Assembly: GCA_047495785.1 (NCBI GenBank)
Contig: JBLDXI010000009.1
Coordinates: 4,650,001-4,714,000, forward strand
Length of the DNA stretch: 64,000 bases
Reading direction: 5' to 3'
Source of the DNA: Lepidodermella squamata
Taxonomy: Eukaryota > Animalia > Gastrotricha
In this document: positions 61,647 to 64,000 of the stretch, piece by piece
Layout of the letters: the number at the start of each line of letters is the position of its first letter
Numbering within the stretch: position 1 is the stretch's first letter
The notes under the pieces: generated by a model
What the model was told of the DNA's origin: nothing
The model's input: the letters and a program-made list of their open reading frames with translations, nothing else
Database searches by the model: none
Program-made: the position numbers and the translations under genes

Positions 61647-63816
61647 ATTTTCAAGCTTTTTAAAACAGCGAAATGTGATTTTCCATTTATCCTTTCACCT
61701 TAAATTCGATTGCACTTAAGGATGGAGGAAAACACGCAGTTTATTTTTGCTCCTTAATGGCAGGTTTTATTAATTTTCTTTTCATGATCATTGTTTATTA
61801 TCCTGTTAGTACTTAAATGTTTAAGAACGACGGCCGCGAGATAATTTGTCAAACCCAGTTGCGGACATGTTTGTGATAAGCGGGACTTCAAGGTTAAAGT
61901 AAAATCGCACCGAAAGTACATTATCGTTTACTAAGATATGATTTATGATTAAATTTAGATCTTATGGATTGGCTGCAAGCTACAAATAAAGAGCCACTGT
62001 TCCTGAACCCGACAAATCGAGCGAAACAGCAAAAGAGAGGCAGAATGTTTGAGCGAATTTGTCCTGCCGAAAAAACTGCTCCGCTCTCAACAGAGGCTTC
62101 CGCTTTGCCAACAGGAAAGGATCGGGGGATTTGCCGTGACCTTGCCCCTTGCCCTCGGTTACTGGCAGTGTCGTAAACAGAAATCAATGAGGAAATGGTA
62201 CCACGACTTTGGCCGTGTCTCAGTTAAGATTCTATTGGTTCTGCTTGATCCAGCTAGGTAGCAGAACCAAAGCCTCTGACTTCGCATAGACCGGACTGAT
62301 TTGGGTTGCGCGATTTTAGTCCGGATTCCGGATTATACAAAAATCACTGTAGATTCTCTGTTTTTGTTTAAAAAATTGTGTGCGGAAGCTACTTGCATGA
62401 ATAAATTCGAAAAAATATCTCTTCAATTTTTATATCACATGCTTCCATCGCTCTCTGCATTGAAGTGAAGAAAATCGGGGGTGCTTTATTCTTCGGGATT
62501 CAAAATTGTTGTTTTTGTAAGTGTAAAATTCCAAGTAATATTATGCCCTGCGAGGCGCAAATCAGTCACGCCTCACCGGTTTTCATGAATAGCAAATGCC
62601 GATTTCCGCCATTGTTCGGCTTGTTTGTGCTAGAAGTTGCACTGAGGAAACACAAATTTCTTGTTCGCGATGAAAAATTTTGCGAATTTACGTTGCCGCT
62701 CATCTCTTGAGGAAAATAATTACCATATTGTTAATATTCTCGCGCTCTTTTCACGGTTAAAGCAGCGACAAGCTACTACTATACACGCCTAGTAGTAGTA
62801 ATAATAGACGCTGCGAATATATGAACCTCTTAATATATCGAATATCAAAGCGCTGTACTATACGAGTATTTCGCATGTTATATCTATGTAGGCACTCTGC
62901 GTCGCATCTTTCTTCGCCGGAATCGCTATGGTCGATAATAATAAAGATGATGACACCCTTTGAAAAATGAAGAGGGGCGATAATGAGGACGATCGAAAAC
63001 AAATCTCTCAGCATTATAACATCATCATGTATGAGGCAAAAGCGCAACTACAACAGCGCTTGGGAATTCGCAGCAAAAAACGACCCATTCTCTTGTTCAT
63101 TCGAAATAGTGAGTACTCATAATATGATTAGTAGTAAAATTCTGTTGATAACTTTTTTCAATGAAACATTTGCTAATTTATTAGCCAGGATTAATAAATT
63201 ATGGAATTTATACTTTCCCCAATATTCATAGTGCATTTTCGTAAATTCAGACATTTATCAATAAATTTATTGTATCAATTTGTTTAGATTTTTTATAATA
63301 TTCTAAACTGTTGCCATAAATCAGCTCCAAATTATTTACTTAAATTTTCAAATATTCCTTTTAATATCGTAGCTCAGAGATGCCAGGAAATTTCCCGCTA
63401 AACACAGGATCTAGGATCCCAGACGATTGCCTTATTTTCCAAACATTTATGAAAGGTCTCAGCTGCTGTCTGTTTTTCTTGAACTTTACTTCTTCTTTGG
63501 TAGCAATCCACTGATGTACTTTCCCATCAATGAAACTCAAGTTTTCTATTCAAGTTTCATTTTCAAAGAAATATTAGCATATTTAAGCAACATCCGTCTT
63601 TCGATGGACAAGGGATTTAAACTGGTCCCTCGACTCGGCAATTATTTATGCCGAATTCTAATGATTTAGTTCTTATTTTCAAGATTTTTAGAGTGCGATT
63701 TTACACTATACTGTGCTCAATCGCCTAACAGCCCAAAACTAGGTCATAGGTCTGGTGACTTTGTTTGTTATTATTCTCGCTGTTCGTCTTTGAAATCGTG
63801 CCTCACCTGTCGGAAG

Positions 63817-64000
63817 ATGTTCGCCTCAGGGGGCACGCCGTCAGCGGCTCTGTTGCGCGGCCGCCGGCGCCAGTCAGTCATGGTCGCATCGCGGCGCTTT
63901 ATCCTGCGGCCGAGCGAGAAGCGGCGGCGCAAGTACCAGCAGTGGCAGGACGTCGATAAAATGTACGACGAGGCGAAACGCGAACAGGCGGCAAGCAGCC
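63817..64000 (+). CDS. Probable first exon of a gene running off the window; Arg-rich N-terminus, possibly a mitochondrial presequence
   Basis: Sharp switch to high GC; open frame MFASGGTPSAALLRGRRRQSVMVASRRFILRPSEKRRRKYQQWQDVDKMYDEAK.. to the window end. Confidence 0.4.
   Translation, partial: MFASGGTPSAALLRGRRRQSVMVASRRFILRPSEKRRRKYQQWQDVDKMYDEAKREQAASS

Noticed and set aside
62773-62798. CTACTACTA..TAGTAGTAG inverted repeat as a transposon end
   Set aside because: Low complexity, with no other element hallmarks nearby.
1-64000. Assigning a taxon (the receptor repertoire brought acoel worms to mind)
   Set aside because: No diagnostic marker in the window; only a compact-genome animal, probably with motile cilia, is supportable.

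Overview
Eukaryotic (animal) DNA from a compact, gene-dense genome with mostly 40-63 nt GT-AG introns, so the ORF track shows genes in pieces; I rebuilt them by reading splice junctions by hand. Contents, left to right: a GABA-B-like class C GPCR (5' end outside the window); a P5B-type ATPase; a tandem array of five divergent Cys-loop channel subunits (family A) split by an apparently intact 5.6-kb Helitron with both ends visible; a C7orf31/SPMIP4-like ciliary gene; a small two-Sushi protein; three Cys-loop subunits of a second family (family B); an F-box gene; an internally deleted GABA-B-like paralog; a 14-kb minus-strand polycystin-1-like gene; several MITE-like elements; and a small secreted Cys-rich protein. 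Two candidates for undescribed systems stand out. (1) Eight Cys-loop subunits lack the acetylcholine-type aromatic pocket and carry hybrid P-E-R, P-Q-R or P-D-R selectivity filters, which fits a lineage-specific chemosensory channel family. (2) The polycystin has about 25 EGF, four fibrinogen-C, F5/8, PAN and Sushi modules, and its GPS self-cleavage motif is lost while a furin-type RKRR site lies just upstream. All family calls come from motif recall, with no database searches; the species cannot be determined from this window.
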